Source of the DNA: a virus
Reading direction: 5' to 3' (one strand)
DNA: 39,123 nucleotides
Virus record (IMG/VR): IMGVR_UViG_3300034069_001319
Coordinates: 1 to 39,123 of that record
In this document: in pieces, positions 38,260-39,123 of the stretch
Position numbering within the stretch: position 1 is the stretch's first letter
Layout: each line of letters starts with the position of its first letter
Translations under genes and position numbers: made by a program
Notes under the pieces: model-generated
The model's input: the letters and a program-made list of their open reading frames with translations, nothing else
Told to the model about the DNA's origin: nothing
Database searches by the model: none

Positions 38260-39123
38260 TTAAGACAGTAATGTTGAATCTGCAATCCAGTGACCCATCA
38301 CATTAGGAATGTTGCCTACAAGTGTGCCTGATGTGTTGTTCTGCACATTGAACCCGCTGGGGGTGATGTTTGCGGCATACAAATTATTGCTGGTTCCGGA
38401 ATCTGTGACGGTTGACGTATTACCAGAATTATAAAAACTCGCGCTATTTAGCATGGAGTTTAAAACCGAATACATGCTGACACGCGGTGTATAAAGCTTA
38501 GGTACGGAAAACTGCACATTGCCATAGCTTTGGCCTGCTTGAATGGGGTTGCCTGAGTAACCCACAGCTGGATAGATTTGGTAGCCTGCGCTGTTATTGG
38601 TGGCAGGTGCCACACCCAGTGCATAAGTTTTTTCGATTAGCATCTGGCAGCGTTCATAATCCAGGCGATAGTCGAGTGGGGTGTAGACGGGCGCACTTGT
38701 GGGTCCGCAATACAAATTATTCAACTTCCAATTTTCAGCAGCTGAAACAGCGGCCACATATTGCATAACGAAAAAAATGGTGATTTGCGTGGTGGCGGCT
38801 GGAAGCGTGCCTAAACTTACTTGATAAGTTTGCACACCCGTAGCACTTGTGGGCACGCTAACGGTGGGTTGTAGTGCGCTTGCGCCATAGGTCGTATTGG
38901 TAAGGCTGCCCGCCCGATTACCACTGGTAATCAAGAGATTTGAATCGGTCGTACCCGTACCATAGTAGCCACCTACCGTGAAAAGGCTGGTACCGTTTAA
39001 AAGAGATGCCGGCCAAATGGTTGATAAGGCAATACTTACAGTTTGTCCGGCCCAAGTTTGCATAAAACGACTTGGAATATTTGCGGTTAGATAGCATAAA
39101 TTCCCATTCGCAGGCGCTGATGA
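38260..39123 (-). CDS. C-terminal part of the wrap-around type-B tail-fibre paralog (5' end at window nt 405)
   Basis: The reading frame stays open to the window end. DYERCQMLIEKTYALGVAPAT and the C-terminal GHWIADSTLLS align with the paralogs. Confidence 0.8.
   Translation of the reverse strand, partial: SSAPANGNLCYLTANIPSRFMQTWAGQTVSIALSTIWPASLLNGTSLFTVGGYYGTGTTDSNLLITSGNRAGSLTNTTYGASALQPTVSVPTSATGVQTYQVSLGTLPAATTQITIFFVMQYVAAVSAAENWKLNNLYCGPTSAPVYTPLDYRLDYERCQMLIEKTYALGVAPATNNSAGYQIYPAVGYSGNPIQAGQSYGNVQFSVPKLYTPRVSMYSVLNSMLNSASFYNSGNTSTVTDSGTSNNLYAANITPSGFNVQNNTSGTLVGNIPNVMGHWIADSTLLS
38983..39123. repeat. Terminal overlap copy 2 (identical to 1..141)
   Basis: Same as copy 1. The unique genome length is 38,982 bp. 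Confidence 0.95.

Noticed and set aside
38983-39123. The 141-bp repeat as a biological direct terminal repeat or LTR of a mobile element
   Set aside because: It cuts through an ORF that continues in frame across the junction. Its length equals a common maximum assembler k-mer, and no terminal inverted repeats or target duplications accompany it. An assembly overlap of a circular or permuted genome is the simpler reading. It is not formally excluded without reads.
36910-39123. Invertible (Gin/Cin-type) tail-fibre switching segment
   Set aside because: All fibre paralogs are on the same strand. No invertase or serine recombinase gene is present, and I found no flanking inverted crossover sites.

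Overview
The window is an essentially complete, circularly closed dsDNA tailed-phage genome. Its unique length is 38,982 bp, because nt 1-141 are repeated exactly at 38983-39123. All calls come from reading the sequence and remembered family signatures. No database search was run.

Layout:
- **Virion operon (minus strand, about 20.8 kb down to 0.4 kb, wrapping to 38-36 kb).** Order is RusA-like resolvase, TerS, TerL, a T7-type portal, scaffold, major capsid, a possible decoration protein, gp11-like adaptor, gp12-like nozzle, a gp13-position protein, three internal core proteins matching gp14/15/16 in size, an unusually large tail-fibre array, and a GH108 endolysin.
- **Replication.** There is no phage RNA or DNA polymerase. 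Replication looks lambdoid: a winged-helix initiator with an origin-like repeat and AT-rich block inside its own gene, plus a lambda-P-like protein.
- **Recombination operon (plus strand, 34.1-36.4 kb).** It carries a P22-Erf-like annealase and a DUF669-like protein ending in DDVPF.
- **Accessory region (20.8-34 kb).** It holds tRNA-Gln(UUG) with an aberrant tRNA-like element beside it, and a signal-peptide beta-barrel outer-membrane protein. It also holds a P63C-domain protein, several plus-strand islands antisense to the main transcription direction, and many small ORFans at visibly lower GC.

Most notable observations:
1. The tail-fibre array has three paralogs of a roughly 370-aa receptor-binding-type protein, plus three proteins sharing a different C-terminal tip domain, in alternating order.
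2. An AlpA-type HTH is fused to the arm-binding N-domain (DUF4102) of P4-type integrases, with no catalytic recombinase domain anywhere in the genome. It lies on the same genome as a tRNA 3'-end-like fragment and short direct repeats.
3. A pair of S/T-P-rich ORFs on the same strand overlap by 191 nt.
4. An exact 13-mer is shared by two divergent promoter regions.

I saw no CRISPR array, reverse transcriptase/DGR, invertase or recognisable holin.
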